Of a stretch of 61,421 nucleotides of DNA, positions 26,905 to 35,877 are shown piece after piece; the first letter of the stretch is position 1; each line of letters opens with the position of its first letter. Both the position numbers and the translations under genes were made by a program. The DNA lies in contig RFNV01000191.1 of NCBI GenBank assembly GCA_009927005.1, positions 1 through 61,421 of the forward strand, written 5' to 3'. The DNA is from Pseudomonadota bacterium. GTDB lineage: Bacteria; Bdellovibrionota; FAC87; UBA2466. The notes under the pieces are model-generated. The model was not told the DNA's origin. It made no database searches and saw nothing but the letters and a program-made list of their open reading frames with translations.

Positions 26905-28371
26905 ATGAAACTTAAACTGCGTTCTGTAGCGATATTCTTTTGTGCGATTTTCTTAGGTGTGAGCTTGACCATTGGAGCGGGGGCTTATCGCTTAAGCCAA
27001 GCTGCTCCTAATTATCAGTACCTTGATCTGTTCACGAAGATTCTCCACTTTGTGCAAACCAATTATGTAGAGGAAGTGGATACTAAGAAGTTGATGGAAG
27101 GCGCTATTAAAGGAATGCTAGCCACTTTAGATCCCCACACTATTTACCTATCTCCTGAACTGTTTAAGGAGATGCAAGTTGATACCCAAGGAAAATTTGG
27201 TGGTTTAGGAATTGAAATCAATGTTACCGATGGATTTTTAACGGTAGTTACACCGATTGAAGATACGCCAGCTTACTTGGCTGGTGTCGAACCAGGCGAT
27301 CGCATTGTCATGATTGAAGACAAAGCTAAAAACATCAAAAAAGAAACTAAAAACCTGAGCCTTCAAGAAGCTGTAAATCTTATGCGCGGTGAAAAAGGAA
27401 CGAAAGTAACCATTCACGTTGCGAGAAAAGGTGCTCAAGGGTTAAAGCCAATTGAAATCACTCGAGACATTATCAAAGTAGCAGCGGTTAAAGGTGGTCT
27501 TCTGGATAAAGACTATGCTTGGATCCGCCTCGTTCAATTCCAAAGCAACACAGCTAGAGATGTGAAAAAGAAGTTAGAACAACTAACCAAAGAAAATGGC
27601 AGGCCCCTAGTGGGAGCTGTAATCGATTTAAGAAACAATCCGGGTGGGCTTCTCGAAGAAGCGATTAACGTATCCAGTCTCTTCTTAGAGAAAGTTCCAG
27701 TCGTATCCACCATGGGTCGTAGCAAAGCGAAAAAGGAAGTGGAGTACGCTCGTGGTTCCGCACCTTTTAAAAACCTGAAATTGGTAGCTTTGGTGAACGA
27801 AGCCAGCGCAAGCGCTTCTGAAATTGTCGCTGGCGCTCTTCAAGATCATAAAAGAGCTTTAGTGGTGGGAAAACCCACTTTCGGAAAAGGTTCGGTTCAG
27901 ACGGTGATTGATCTTGAAAACAAGTCAGCTCTAAAGCTCACGGTTGCTCGGTACTACACTCCAAGCGGAACTTCTATCCAAGGAAAAGGGATTACTCCGG
28001 ACATCGAGGTCGATCGTATCGACATGGCAGCTTTGGAAAAAGCACGACAAGGCAAGTTCTTAAAAGAAGCTGACTTAGAAAACCATCTGGTTGGTGAGAA
28101 TGAGAAAAAGGAAGGATCATCTGAAGAATCTGGAGAGCGATCACCTAAAAGTGAAGACAGTAAATCTGAAAAGGATCAGAAAAATCAAGACCGACTCTTT
28201 GGTGTGATTAAAGAAAAAGATGGAAAGAAAGTAAGAGTAGAGGATCCTAAAGAGCTTCTGAAAATTGACTTCCAACTTCAACAAGCGATGAGCTATTTGA
28301 AAGCATGGAATCTGTTCGAAAAAGTTTCCCAGGGAACAAAAGAAGCTAAAGTATCAGCTGCTACTGAATAA
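26905..28371 (+). CDS. ctpA: Carboxyl-terminal processing protease (S41) with PDZ domain and K/E/S-rich C-terminal extension
   Basis: Start at the ATG preceded by AAGGAG. Motifs are GLGIEI..GVEPGDRIV (PDZ), DLRNNPGGLL, SASASEIVAGALQD and GKPTFGKGSVQ. Confidence 0.9.
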   Translation: MKLKLRSVAIFFCAIFLGVSLTIGAGAYRLSQAAPNYQYLDLFTKILHFVQTNYVEEVDTKKLMEGAIKGMLATLDPHTIYLSPELFKEMQVDTQGKFGGLGIEINVTDGFLTVVTPIEDTPAYLAGVEPGDRIVMIEDKAKNIKKETKNLSLQEAVNLMRGEKGTKVTIHVARKGAQGLKPIEITRDIIKVAAVKGGLLDKDYAWIRLVQFQSNTARDVKKKLEQLTKENGRPLVGAVIDLRNNPGGLLEEAINVSSLFLEKVPVVSTMGRSKAKKEVEYARGSAPFKNLKLVALVNEASASASEIVAGALQDHKRALVVGKPTFGKGSVQTVIDLENKSALKLTVARYYTPSGTSIQGKGITPDIEVDRIDMAALEKARQGKFLKEADLENHLVGENEKKEGSSEESGERSPKSEDSKSEKDQKNQDRLFGVIKEKDGKKVRVEDPKELLKIDFQLQQAMSYLKAWNLFEKVSQGTKEAKVSAATE

Positions 28372-28376
28372 GTTGG

Positions 28377-31175
28377 TTAAAGAGAGGCTTCTGCTCCAAT
28401 GGTAAAGTAGAAGGGCTCTCCGCCCCGACTTAGACCACGATAGGCACCAAAGCGGAGCTGAGTGGGCAAGTAGTAAAAGAATTTCCACTGAGTCTTTATT
28501 TCTACTCCCGTGCTCCACAAAAAGTCCTTGAGCCAGTTCTTTGGATAGGGGCTAGCAGGTCCTCGATCGTAGCTTGTAGTATCAAGTACCAGAGCTCCTG
28601 AAAGGTTTTGGAGAAACACTGGCCACAGTCCCAAACCCCGATCCAATCGTGAAATAGGAAAACGGAATTCTAGGTTTCCACCAAAAATTCGCCTCGCTGC
28701 AAACGAGCCCTGTAAGTACCCTCGATTGAGAAAAAAGCCTCTTCCTTGAGAAAATAAGATTTCTCCACCCCCTTCGAAGAAGGAATTATAAAGAGGAGTC
28801 CCCTCGGTGTATCCCTGCCTTAAGCTCAAGGCCCAGAAAGCTGAATTCCAGAAAGGCGAGGGAAGTGAGGTTTCAAAATTGGCAATACTGCTGAAGTAAT
28901 TATCAAAACTTCCCAAGCCCTGAATGAATTGTTGGTGAACTAGATTAACTTTTGCTCGCTTACTCGCCCAGCTCAGTTCTAATCCAATTCCCATCGATTT
29001 GTTTGCAGGGCCCAAATCAGAAGATTCAATTCTTCGGACAAGCGCAGAAACTCTGGCTTCGATGGGTAGACTTCCTAACCTACTTCCGTAACTCAGCGAA
29101 GAGCCCCATCGCTTGAAGAAACTTCTTGAGACAACCAGGAAACCAGGTGAAAAGTAAGAGCTGATTTGAAGATGTGACGATTTCCCAAAACGGTAACCAT
29201 AACTTCCCGAGAGATTTGGTAGCATCTGAGAGCCCTCATTTGTCTCTCGTTTGTCGACTCCCAAATTTAAGTCGTAAAAGTGTTTTTGAGAAAGATCAAA
29301 CATTGGAATCCAAGCACCAATCTGAAATCCATACGGAACAAAAAGAGCCGAGGGAATCCAAGTTCTTGGGAGCAAGGTTGAGATTGGGGAATATTCCTTT
29401 TCCTCCCAGTTTGTTTTGCTTTCTTCCTCAGCTCTATCAGTCTTAACTGGCAAAAGCGGGATTTCCATTTGGGTTTCGATTACAGATGCGGTGGCAATGT
29501 CAAAACCGCCCTGTTCATACGAAGAAACAAAGAAGCGAGAAGGTGCGGGGACAAAATCATTAATTCCACCTGAAACCGAGACGACTTTGGCCATTTTCTT
29601 TCGCTTCAAATCCAAACGCCACACTTCATCTCGACCCGTTGGAGCCGAAATTAAATAAATCTGATTTCCTGTCTGACTGAGTCCGTAAGCATGCCCTTCT
29701 AATTTTCCTAAAACTTGGGGGGAACTGGGGGGTGCCCACTCATAGATCTTTGTTTCATTTCCGTCTCTTAATAGGAAGAGGTTGTTTTTTCCTAGTGCCA
29801 CCGAACTGATCCAGGTGTTTGGAGGGAGTGTCCAGCGCAAGTTGGATTTAAGGCCTATTTCCGCTGACGAGAGATCAGCACCAAAAAGAGTCAAAGTTCC
29901 CTTACCCCCCACCTCTTGATAGACCAAAATCGATTTGAGATCAGACGAACACGCAAACTCATGCACATGGTCGATTGGGCCTTCGGGTGTTTTTAAATCT
30001 ACTGTTTCTTCTTTGCTCACATCTAGAAGGGTGAGTCGATTGGTCGAATAAAAATTTTCTTGATGAGAAAGGGGGAGAACAAAAGAGTCGCTCCCACTAT
30101 TTTCTATCCAACAAAGTCCCCCAGCCCCCGAAAACTGAACAGGAACCTGCTTTAATAAGTTTCCAGTTTCGGTTTCGATGATTTCTAGTTGAGGTTTTTT
30201 GTCCGGGCTTGAACTCAGAAAAGCTGCTCGCTGGAGCGTCTGGGAGAGCGCCAATTCTTTTTTAGTGAATTTTGTTTTGGTTAAGTATGAAAGGTTTGAC
30301 TTTTGTTCCTTTTCGAAAAGGGTTAATTCAAGTTTTTGTTTTTCATTCTGTTCAGAAATGATTTCTTTCCACAAATCGGGAATGCTTAGGCCAAAAACAT
30401 CTACGAAAGGCGTGTTAACCAAATAGGGCCAATTGGAGCTTGCATCGAGGGTAAGTTCATGAATTCCCTTAGGGCCCTTCTTTTTCCAAAGAGATTCATA
30501 AAAATAATATCCGAAGTAATAAGGGCTCGTGCCGTGCGGCCAATGGGAGGTCGACCCATCGAAGAGATCGACAGGAAGAAAATCAGTGCCCCAGATTTTC
30601 TCCGAAACCGCTTTTCGAGTCATCATTCGAAAGAATGGGCTTCGACCTCTGCCCCCTTGAGAAAACTCCGTTTCCAAAAAAGTAGCTAATCCTTCGTGGA
30701 GGTGCGCTGGCATCATCCCATTCGGAACAATGGTGGTGCCAAAAATCGTACGTAACCATTTCCACGCCCCGTTGGCGGGATACAAATGAAGGGTGTGAGC
30801 ATATTCGTGGAGTACTACAGAATCGAGCCAATTATCCAAAGACGATAATTCGCTCATGCTGTCAGGAGGAGCCGCGAAAACGACGAAATGAGAATAGGGA
30901 AAGCCCAGAGAATATCCATTCAGAGAATCACTAAAATCTGCCAGGACAATCGAAGTAGTGGGAGGAGCCTCAGGAAAAATGGGGCTCAGAAGCGAGTGGG
31001 CTCTTTCAGCTGCTTTAAGCGTTCTTGTCGCAAATTCTTTTTGGCCGGCTCGATAAATAATGTGAAAATGCGAGCTCTCCATGCTTTTCCAAGAAATGTC
31101 GGAGGGAAAACTGAGATAAGATGGCTCAGCACTTACAACGATTGTTAGGATGGCCAGAAGAAAACAGAAACGCAT
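28377..31175 (-). CDS. Large secreted protein: N-terminal HExxH...E metallopeptidase-like domain, central beta-propeller-like region, C-terminal beta-barrel-like region
   Basis: Signal peptide MRFCFLLAILTIVVSA. VVLHEYAHTLH and downstream HEGLATFLE. The middle about 300 aa have PD40/TolB-like strand repeats. The last about 330 aa are Gly/aromatic-rich alternating strands. Confidence 0.55.
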   Translation of the reverse strand: MRFCFLLAILTIVVSAEPSYLSFPSDISWKSMESSHFHIIYRAGQKEFATRTLKAAERAHSLLSPIFPEAPPTTSIVLADFSDSLNGYSLGFPYSHFVVFAAPPDSMSELSSLDNWLDSVVLHEYAHTLHLYPANGAWKWLRTIFGTTIVPNGMMPAHLHEGLATFLETEFSQGGRGRSPFFRMMTRKAVSEKIWGTDFLPVDLFDGSTSHWPHGTSPYYFGYYFYESLWKKKGPKGIHELTLDASSNWPYLVNTPFVDVFGLSIPDLWKEIISEQNEKQKLELTLFEKEQKSNLSYLTKTKFTKKELALSQTLQRAAFLSSSPDKKPQLEIIETETGNLLKQVPVQFSGAGGLCWIENSGSDSFVLPLSHQENFYSTNRLTLLDVSKEETVDLKTPEGPIDHVHEFACSSDLKSILVYQEVGGKGTLTLFGADLSSAEIGLKSNLRWTLPPNTWISSVALGKNNLFLLRDGNETKIYEWAPPSSPQVLGKLEGHAYGLSQTGNQIYLISAPTGRDEVWRLDLKRKKMAKVVSVSGGINDFVPAPSRFFVSSYEQGGFDIATASVIETQMEIPLLPVKTDRAEEESKTNWEEKEYSPISTLLPRTWIPSALFVPYGFQIGAWIPMFDLSQKHFYDLNLGVDKRETNEGSQMLPNLSGSYGYRFGKSSHLQISSYFSPGFLVVSRSFFKRWGSSLSYGSRLGSLPIEARVSALVRRIESSDLGPANKSMGIGLELSWASKRAKVNLVHQQFIQGLGSFDNYFSSIANFETSLPSPFWNSAFWALSLRQGYTEGTPLYNSFFEGGGEILFSQGRGFFLNRGYLQGSFAARRIFGGNLEFRFPISRLDRGLGLWPVFLQNLSGALVLDTTSYDRGPASPYPKNWLKDFLWSTGVEIKTQWKFFYYLPTQLRFGAYRGLSRGGEPFYFTIGAEASL

Positions 31176-31325
31176 CCGAATATTGTATCAAAATCAAGAC
31201 TAGCGCTCCGAGTCAGTGCTTCGGTAGGAAAACCCAAATAACTTAAAAATAATTGTCACTTAAACTAATTTTGGTTATTTTAAAGCGGTTTGATAACACA
31301 TTTTCACCCTAGAAGGAGCAGCGTT

Positions 31326-31859
31326 ATGGTCTCTCGTCAGCTAATCAGTCGAATTTTCAGTTTAATCATTTGCGGTCTCATTGTGGGATTAGTGAGTTGT
31401 AGTAAAAAAGATGTTGTTTCTGATGAGCAGGCAATGGCTCCTTCGGAGGATTCCTCTGGTATTGCAGCTCCAGGTGCTGGAGTTGAAATGATGGGAGCTG
31501 CTGGTGATGTTGGAGCTGCATTCGGCGAAATGGATATTGTTTATTATGGTTACGATAGTTTCAATTTATCCGATGAAGCCAGAAACTCTTTGAAAAAGAA
31601 TGCTGATTGGATGAAAGCAAATGCGAATGCTCGAATTCAAATTGAAGGTCATTGCGATGAGCGTGGCACTGTTGAATACAACATGGCTCTCGGCGACAGA
31701 AGAGCCAATGCAGCAAAAGCTTACTTGGTTCGCTTAGGGGTTGCTGCCAACAGAATTGAGACCATTAGTTATGGTAAAGAGCGTCCAGCAGATATGGGGC
31801 ACACGGAATCTGCTTGGGCAAAAAACCGTAGAGCAGTGTTTGTTCTGCTCTCAAAATAA
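31326..31859 (+). CDS. pal: Peptidoglycan-associated lipoprotein (OmpA-family)
   Basis: ATG preceded by AGAAGGAG, lipobox LVSCS, and OmpA-like core FNLSDEARNSLKKNADWMK..IQIEGHCDERGTVEYNMALGDRRANAAKAYLV. Confidence 0.9.
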   Translation: MVSRQLISRIFSLIICGLIVGLVSCSKKDVVSDEQAMAPSEDSSGIAAPGAGVEMMGAAGDVGAAFGEMDIVYYGYDSFNLSDEARNSLKKNADWMKANANARIQIEGHCDERGTVEYNMALGDRRANAAKAYLVRLGVAANRIETISYGKERPADMGHTESAWAKNRRAVFVLLSK

Positions 31860-31862
31860 AGA

Positions 31863-32219
31863 ATGAGATTAATTCAATTCTTTTTAATCTTCTTTTTGGG
31901 GGTGACAGCTTGTCACCCCCGTCCACTTGATGACATGATCTTGGCGGATGTTGCCTTAAAAGCCGCTCAAAAAGTAAAAGCTGAAGTTTTAGCTCCAGAT
32001 ACTTATCGTAAGGCCGAAAATTTTTATCTGCGCGCAAAAAAAGATTACAGTGAAGGATATTTCGATTCGGCAAAAAAATTTGCGAATCAAGCTCGTCAAA
32101 CTGCAGAGCAGGCTGAATACCAGTCCGTCGTGAAACAGACGGAGCTCAAAGGGGGAATGTTAGAGCCTGAATCAGGCTCTCCAAGTCTTGATAAGTCAAA
32201 TGAGGAAGAAAATGAATAA
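31863..32219 (+). CDS. DUF4398-like lipoprotein
   Basis: Lipobox FLGVTAC. The helical Ala/Lys-rich sequence (AALKAAQKVKAEVLAPDTYRKAENFYLRAKKDY) resembles DUF4398 proteins, which are often next to OmpA/Pal genes. Confidence 0.5.
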   Translation: MRLIQFFLIFFLGVTACHPRPLDDMILADVALKAAQKVKAEVLAPDTYRKAENFYLRAKKDYSEGYFDSAKKFANQARQTAEQAEYQSVVKQTELKGGMLEPESGSPSLDKSNEEENE

Positions 32220-32946
32220 AAGACCAAGCTTTTCTAAAAATCTTTTTTGGGGAGTGGGAGTCCTTTGCTTATTAAGTTTTGTGAATGCGTGTAAAACAAA
32301 AGGGGAAGTTCGAAGAGAGCAAGAAATGGAGCGGCTAAAAACGGAGGTCAAAGAAGCAAAGGATATCAGAGCCGACGTAGACACCACCGTAGAAGAATTA
32401 AAATTGGAGGTAGCGCGATTAAGCAGCGTGAATGAAGAACAAGCAGCTATTCATCGAAATCTAGCAGAGGAATTAAAGAATGAAGTGATCGCTCTGCAAC
32501 AGAGAATTCAGGCTCTGGAACAAAGAGCCGTCGCTGAGGAATTGGCGCTGAAGCAACCAGCCCCCAAAGAATCTTCGTCCCCATCAGCTTCGTATGAGCT
32601 TGGGAAAAAGCTTTATGATGAAGGAAAGTTTGATGAGGCTTTGGACGTCTTAAGAGAGGTGTACAAAAAAAGCTCCAAGAATAGTGAGCAAGCCAAAAAA
32701 ACTCAGTTTCTCATAGGAGAGGTGCTTTTCTCAGCTAAGGATTACGCCTCCGCAGCTCTTGAATTTGCTGAGTTTAGAAAAGCTTATTCCAAAGACAGTC
32801 TAGTTCCCACGGCAATTTATCGCCAAGCCTGGGCTTTTAAAAACTTGGGAAAAAATAAAGAGTCGAAGCTGTTCTTCCAAGACTTAATCGATCGCTATCC
32901 GTCTCATCCGATGGGACAAAGAGCAAAGAACGATATTAAAAAATGA
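32212..32946 (+). CDS. cpoB: Tol-Pal system protein YbgF/CpoB (coiled coil + TPR)
   Basis: Start placed at MNKRPSF. It has a signal sequence, a coiled-coil N-half and a C-terminal TPR (YELGKKLYDEGKFDEALDVL...AIYRQAWAFKNLGKNKESKLFFQDLIDRYPSHPMGQRA). Confidence 0.75.
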   Translation: MNKRPSFSKNLFWGVGVLCLLSFVNACKTKGEVRREQEMERLKTEVKEAKDIRADVDTTVEELKLEVARLSSVNEEQAAIHRNLAEELKNEVIALQQRIQALEQRAVAEELALKQPAPKESSSPSASYELGKKLYDEGKFDEALDVLREVYKKSSKNSEQAKKTQFLIGEVLFSAKDYASAALEFAEFRKAYSKDSLVPTAIYRQAWAFKNLGKNKESKLFFQDLIDRYPSHPMGQRAKNDIKK

Positions 32947-33127
32947 GCTCCTTAGGTCGGGTCGCGTAGTTGCTTTCCAGAGTGCGTAGAAAGTTACGCA
33001 TTTCCTAGAGTCTTCAGTACCGTGCGTGTTGCGCCGCATTTAACTTTAAGTATTTGAAAATATATAAATAATTAGAAATGTTAGGAAATCGTTAAGACTC
33101 GGTATCATTCTTGCTGCACTTAAGTGC

Positions 33128-33817
33128 ATGCTTAAAGTTTTAACTATCTCAACTGCATCAGAAGCTCGTGCCCTTAGGCGGAATGTTTTACAAGTAGGGC
33201 GTTCCACTCCGCATTTTGGTCGAAAATTTTATCATTTTCTTAATGGGATTATTTGCGTGGGGCTTTATGCTTTTATTCTGAGCCGTGAAGAAGCCTTAAT
33301 TCTCTTGGGGACTGTGGGTGGACTCTTTATGCTGCTTGATTTAATTCGACTTAAATCACCTGCATTGAATGCGGTTACCTTGAAATATTTTGGAAAAATT
33401 ATGCGTAGAGAGGAACTTCGAAGCATTTCGGGAAATTCATTTTATATTTTGGGATTATTGGTTTTGGTCAGTTTTTTCTCAAAGCCGGTTGTTTTATTAA
33501 GTGCACTTTTTCTTGCGATCGGAGATCCGATTGCTGCAGTTGTCGGAACTCGTTGGGGGAAAACCAAAATTACTCAGCGCAAAACTCTAGAAGGTGCTCT
33601 CGCTAATTTCGTAGCAACTGCGGGGGTTTCATTTCTGTTTGGCCTGGGATTCCTCAAGCTATCTTTTTCTCAATCTCTGATGCTTGCAGTCGTAGGAGGA
33701 ACGATTAGTACGAGCGTGGAACTTCTTCCCTCTCCGATTGATGACAATTTCACTATTCCAGTTGGTTCGGCATTGCTCATTACTGCTATCTCAGTTTTTT
33801 TTCCCTTTCTTCAGTAA
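33128..33817 (+). CDS. CTP-dependent polyprenol/diacylglycerol kinase or CdsA-like family membrane protein
   Basis: Polytopic membrane ORF. GDPIAAVVG...RKTLEGALANFVAT resembles the CTP_transf_1 / dolichol-phytol kinase family signature. Confidence 0.55.
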   Translation: MLKVLTISTASEARALRRNVLQVGRSTPHFGRKFYHFLNGIICVGLYAFILSREEALILLGTVGGLFMLLDLIRLKSPALNAVTLKYFGKIMRREELRSISGNSFYILGLLVLVSFFSKPVVLLSALFLAIGDPIAAVVGTRWGKTKITQRKTLEGALANFVATAGVSFLFGLGFLKLSFSQSLMLAVVGGTISTSVELLPSPIDDNFTIPVGSALLITAISVFFPFLQ

Positions 33818-33855
33818 GTGACTCCTTCTATAGTTAACCATTAAGGAGATACCAC

Positions 33856-34044
33856 ATGGCAACTAAGACTAAAGAAACCTACATTGTTCAATCTAAAGTG
33901 AAGACACTCGTGAAGAAATCAAAAATGAAGTGTTCTTCTGATGTGATGGCTGCAGTGAATGTTCTCATTCAAAATGCAGTAACTCGTGGAGTAGAGCGCG
34001 CAAAAGCAAACGGCCGAAAAACTCTCCGAGCTGCTGATTTATAA
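33856..34044 (+). CDS. Bacterial histone-fold protein (Bd0055-like singlet histone with truncated alpha3)
   Basis: 62 aa, with AAGGAG about 8 nt upstream. It aligns by eye to the archaeal histone fold: a1 SKVKTLVKK, L1 SKMKCSSD, a2 VMAAVNVLIQNAVTRGVERAKANG, then the GRKTLRAADL (RKT-loop) motif. A strong terminator follows. Confidence 0.7.
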   Translation: MATKTKETYIVQSKVKTLVKKSKMKCSSDVMAAVNVLIQNAVTRGVERAKANGRKTLRAADL

Positions 34045-34052
34045 TTTAAAAT

Positions 34053-34091
34053 GCCGGGTATCTGTTAGTTCAGCAGTACCCGGCTTTTTTT
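34053..34091 (+). terminator. Rho-independent terminator after the histone-fold gene
   Basis: GCCGGGTA-16 nt loop-TACCCGGC followed by TTTTTTT, beginning 9 nt after the TAA stop. Confidence 0.8.
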
Positions 34092-34094
34092 CCT

Positions 34095-35132
34095 TTGACC
34101 CAAACCGAATTAAAAGTTGCTTCCTACCAGGATTCAGCAATCTCAAAGACTGCTGTTACCCCCGTCCTTCAATTTCTCAATCACGAACTTCGATCACAAT
34201 CCGATCTGAAACTCCAAGATGAATACCCTTCTCTGTTTCGGGGATTGCCCGGGGGAGAATCACTCTTCATCGAGCGGGAGAATAAAATTGCCTCCCATGT
34301 GGGAATCATGAAACGTCGGTACCAACACGCTTCATTTGAAATGGACCTTGGTCTTATCGGCTCTGTCGCCACTCACAAGGATTATCGTGGCGAAGGGCTA
34401 GCAAGTTTTCTGCTGCAGGAGTCAATCGGGAGACTAAAAAAACAAGGCTGCACTTTAGCTCTGTTGTGGTCTGATAAACCTGATTTCTATTTACCCTTGG
34501 GTTTTTATCGAGCGGGAAATGAGTTGGATTTTCGAATCTCTATTGCTAAAGCTGAGGCCTCTCAGCCAGTGTGTCGCCTTCTGAATAAAGAAAAAGAAAT
34601 CGATTCAATTTGGAAGTTGTACCAGCAGCGAACCGCAAAACTTGAGCGGTCCCTGGCAGAAATGACTGCCCTAGTAAATATTCCGCGAACTCAGGTTTAT
34701 GTCACCGAATCGAATGGAAAGATCGACTCTTATATTGCCATAAACAAAGGGGCTGACTTTACTCATTACATCCATGAATGGAGTGGTTCGATTGAAGCTG
34801 TGAAAAGAAATATTCAAGATTGTCAGAAACGATTTTTTCCTCACGTTTCGCTCACGTTGATTGCTCCTTTTGAAAACAAACACGAAGAGTTTTCAAAAAT
34901 TTCCGAACAGGCATGGAAGGGGTCTCTTGGTTTGGTTAAGCTTTTGGACAGAACTCACTTGATTGATTGCTTTAAATCATTTTGTGAGAAAGCCGGAACG
35001 GTCATTTCAGATGCCGACTATTCTACCCTAAATGATGAAGAACTTCTTTTGGCTATCCTAGGCCGCGATGGAACTGGAGTTGGAGAGAGAAGGTTTCTTC
35101 CGTTGTTTTTGTGGGGATTTGATTCTATTTAG
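34095..35132 (+). CDS. GNAT family N-acetyltransferase (Eis-like, with C-terminal extra domain)
   Basis: GNAT core IGSVATHKDYRGEGLASFLLQESIGRLKKQGCTLALLWSDKPDFYLPLGF. The TTG start sits only about 4 nt after the terminator T-run, so the true start may be further downstream. Confidence 0.7.
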   Translation: MTQTELKVASYQDSAISKTAVTPVLQFLNHELRSQSDLKLQDEYPSLFRGLPGGESLFIERENKIASHVGIMKRRYQHASFEMDLGLIGSVATHKDYRGEGLASFLLQESIGRLKKQGCTLALLWSDKPDFYLPLGFYRAGNELDFRISIAKAEASQPVCRLLNKEKEIDSIWKLYQQRTAKLERSLAEMTALVNIPRTQVYVTESNGKIDSYIAINKGADFTHYIHEWSGSIEAVKRNIQDCQKRFFPHVSLTLIAPFENKHEEFSKISEQAWKGSLGLVKLLDRTHLIDCFKSFCEKAGTVISDADYSTLNDEELLLAILGRDGTGVGERRFLPLFLWGFDSI

Positions 35133-35877
35133 ACATCTGAGTGCTCTCTTCATTTCCAAAATTGTCTAGGACCGTTTGGATACGATCTGAGGACTCATGA
35201 GCCAAAAGCTTTTCTGGGATAGCCTGATAGAGCAGCCACGATTCTAATTTCGTCCGGCCTTTAAAATAAACCCAAAGCCGTTCTTTCTGTTTCGGGGCTG
35301 GAAATGCAATGATGTAACCGGTGAGCGAGCTTAAGATGGAATCGCGATCCTGATTGCTCTCACAAGTTACTGTGACGTCATTTGTGCCTCTTTCCGTAAA
35401 AATCGAAAACCCACGACTGATTTTTCTTCGAATACCAGGTAAGTTGATTCCAAAGTCCGCAATTAATTGATTACTCTTTTGAGACACTGGCTTTAAATCC
35501 AAGATTTTTATCAGGTATTGCCCACCGGCAGGCCTTTGATTGATGTTCGGAAGGGCCCAAGTGCGGTAAGCGGGAACATTCTTCGCTATTTGATAAAAGT
35601 TATCCAGTTTTCCGTTGATCGAAGCTACGCCCTCCATCTCAATCGTTTGGTTGCCGATTCGCTTAACCGTTCGTTTAAAATAATCGCCCCTTTTAGTAGA
35701 AAGCTCACTGGTCACAATTTTGTAAGCGCTTTGGGGGGCAGGGGAAACCCAACGAGGTAAAGCGTAGCTGGGAGTGTGAAATGAAAAAAAAAACGAAATC
35801 AGGATTTGTGTTTTGAAAGGGACCACAACCCAGACCCTAACAGATAAAAAGCTGCAGCCCAACTCACGGCGCTCCAC
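35125..35877 (-). CDS. Hypothetical secreted protein (possibly SRPBCC/START-like lipid-binding fold)
   Basis: 250-aa ORF with a hydrophobic N-terminus and no catalytic motifs. The annotated start overlaps the ubiB 3' end by 79 nt, so the real start is probably internal. Confidence 0.4.
   Translation of the reverse strand: MERRELGCSFLSVRVWVVVPFKTQILISFFFSFHTPSYALPRWVSPAPQSAYKIVTSELSTKRGDYFKRTVKRIGNQTIEMEGVASINGKLDNFYQIAKNVPAYRTWALPNINQRPAGGQYLIKILDLKPVSQKSNQLIADFGINLPGIRRKISRGFSIFTERGTNDVTVTCESNQDRDSILSSLTGYIIAFPAPKQKERLWVYFKGRTKLESWLLYQAIPEKLLAHESSDRIQTVLDNFGNEESTQMSK

Noticed and set aside
26730-26972. 81-codon N-terminal extension of the TadG-like ORF
   Set aside because: The pseudopilin-like signal begins right after the internal Met at 26729. 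The extension has no membrane or signal features and runs into the divergent ctpA start region.
32947-33127. Short inverted repeat TGCGTA-n6-TACGCA and repeated GCGTA words after cpoB
   Set aside because: The stem is only 6 bp and has no T-run, so it is not convincing as a terminator or riboswitch. The AT-rich tail is probably just the promoter region of the next gene.
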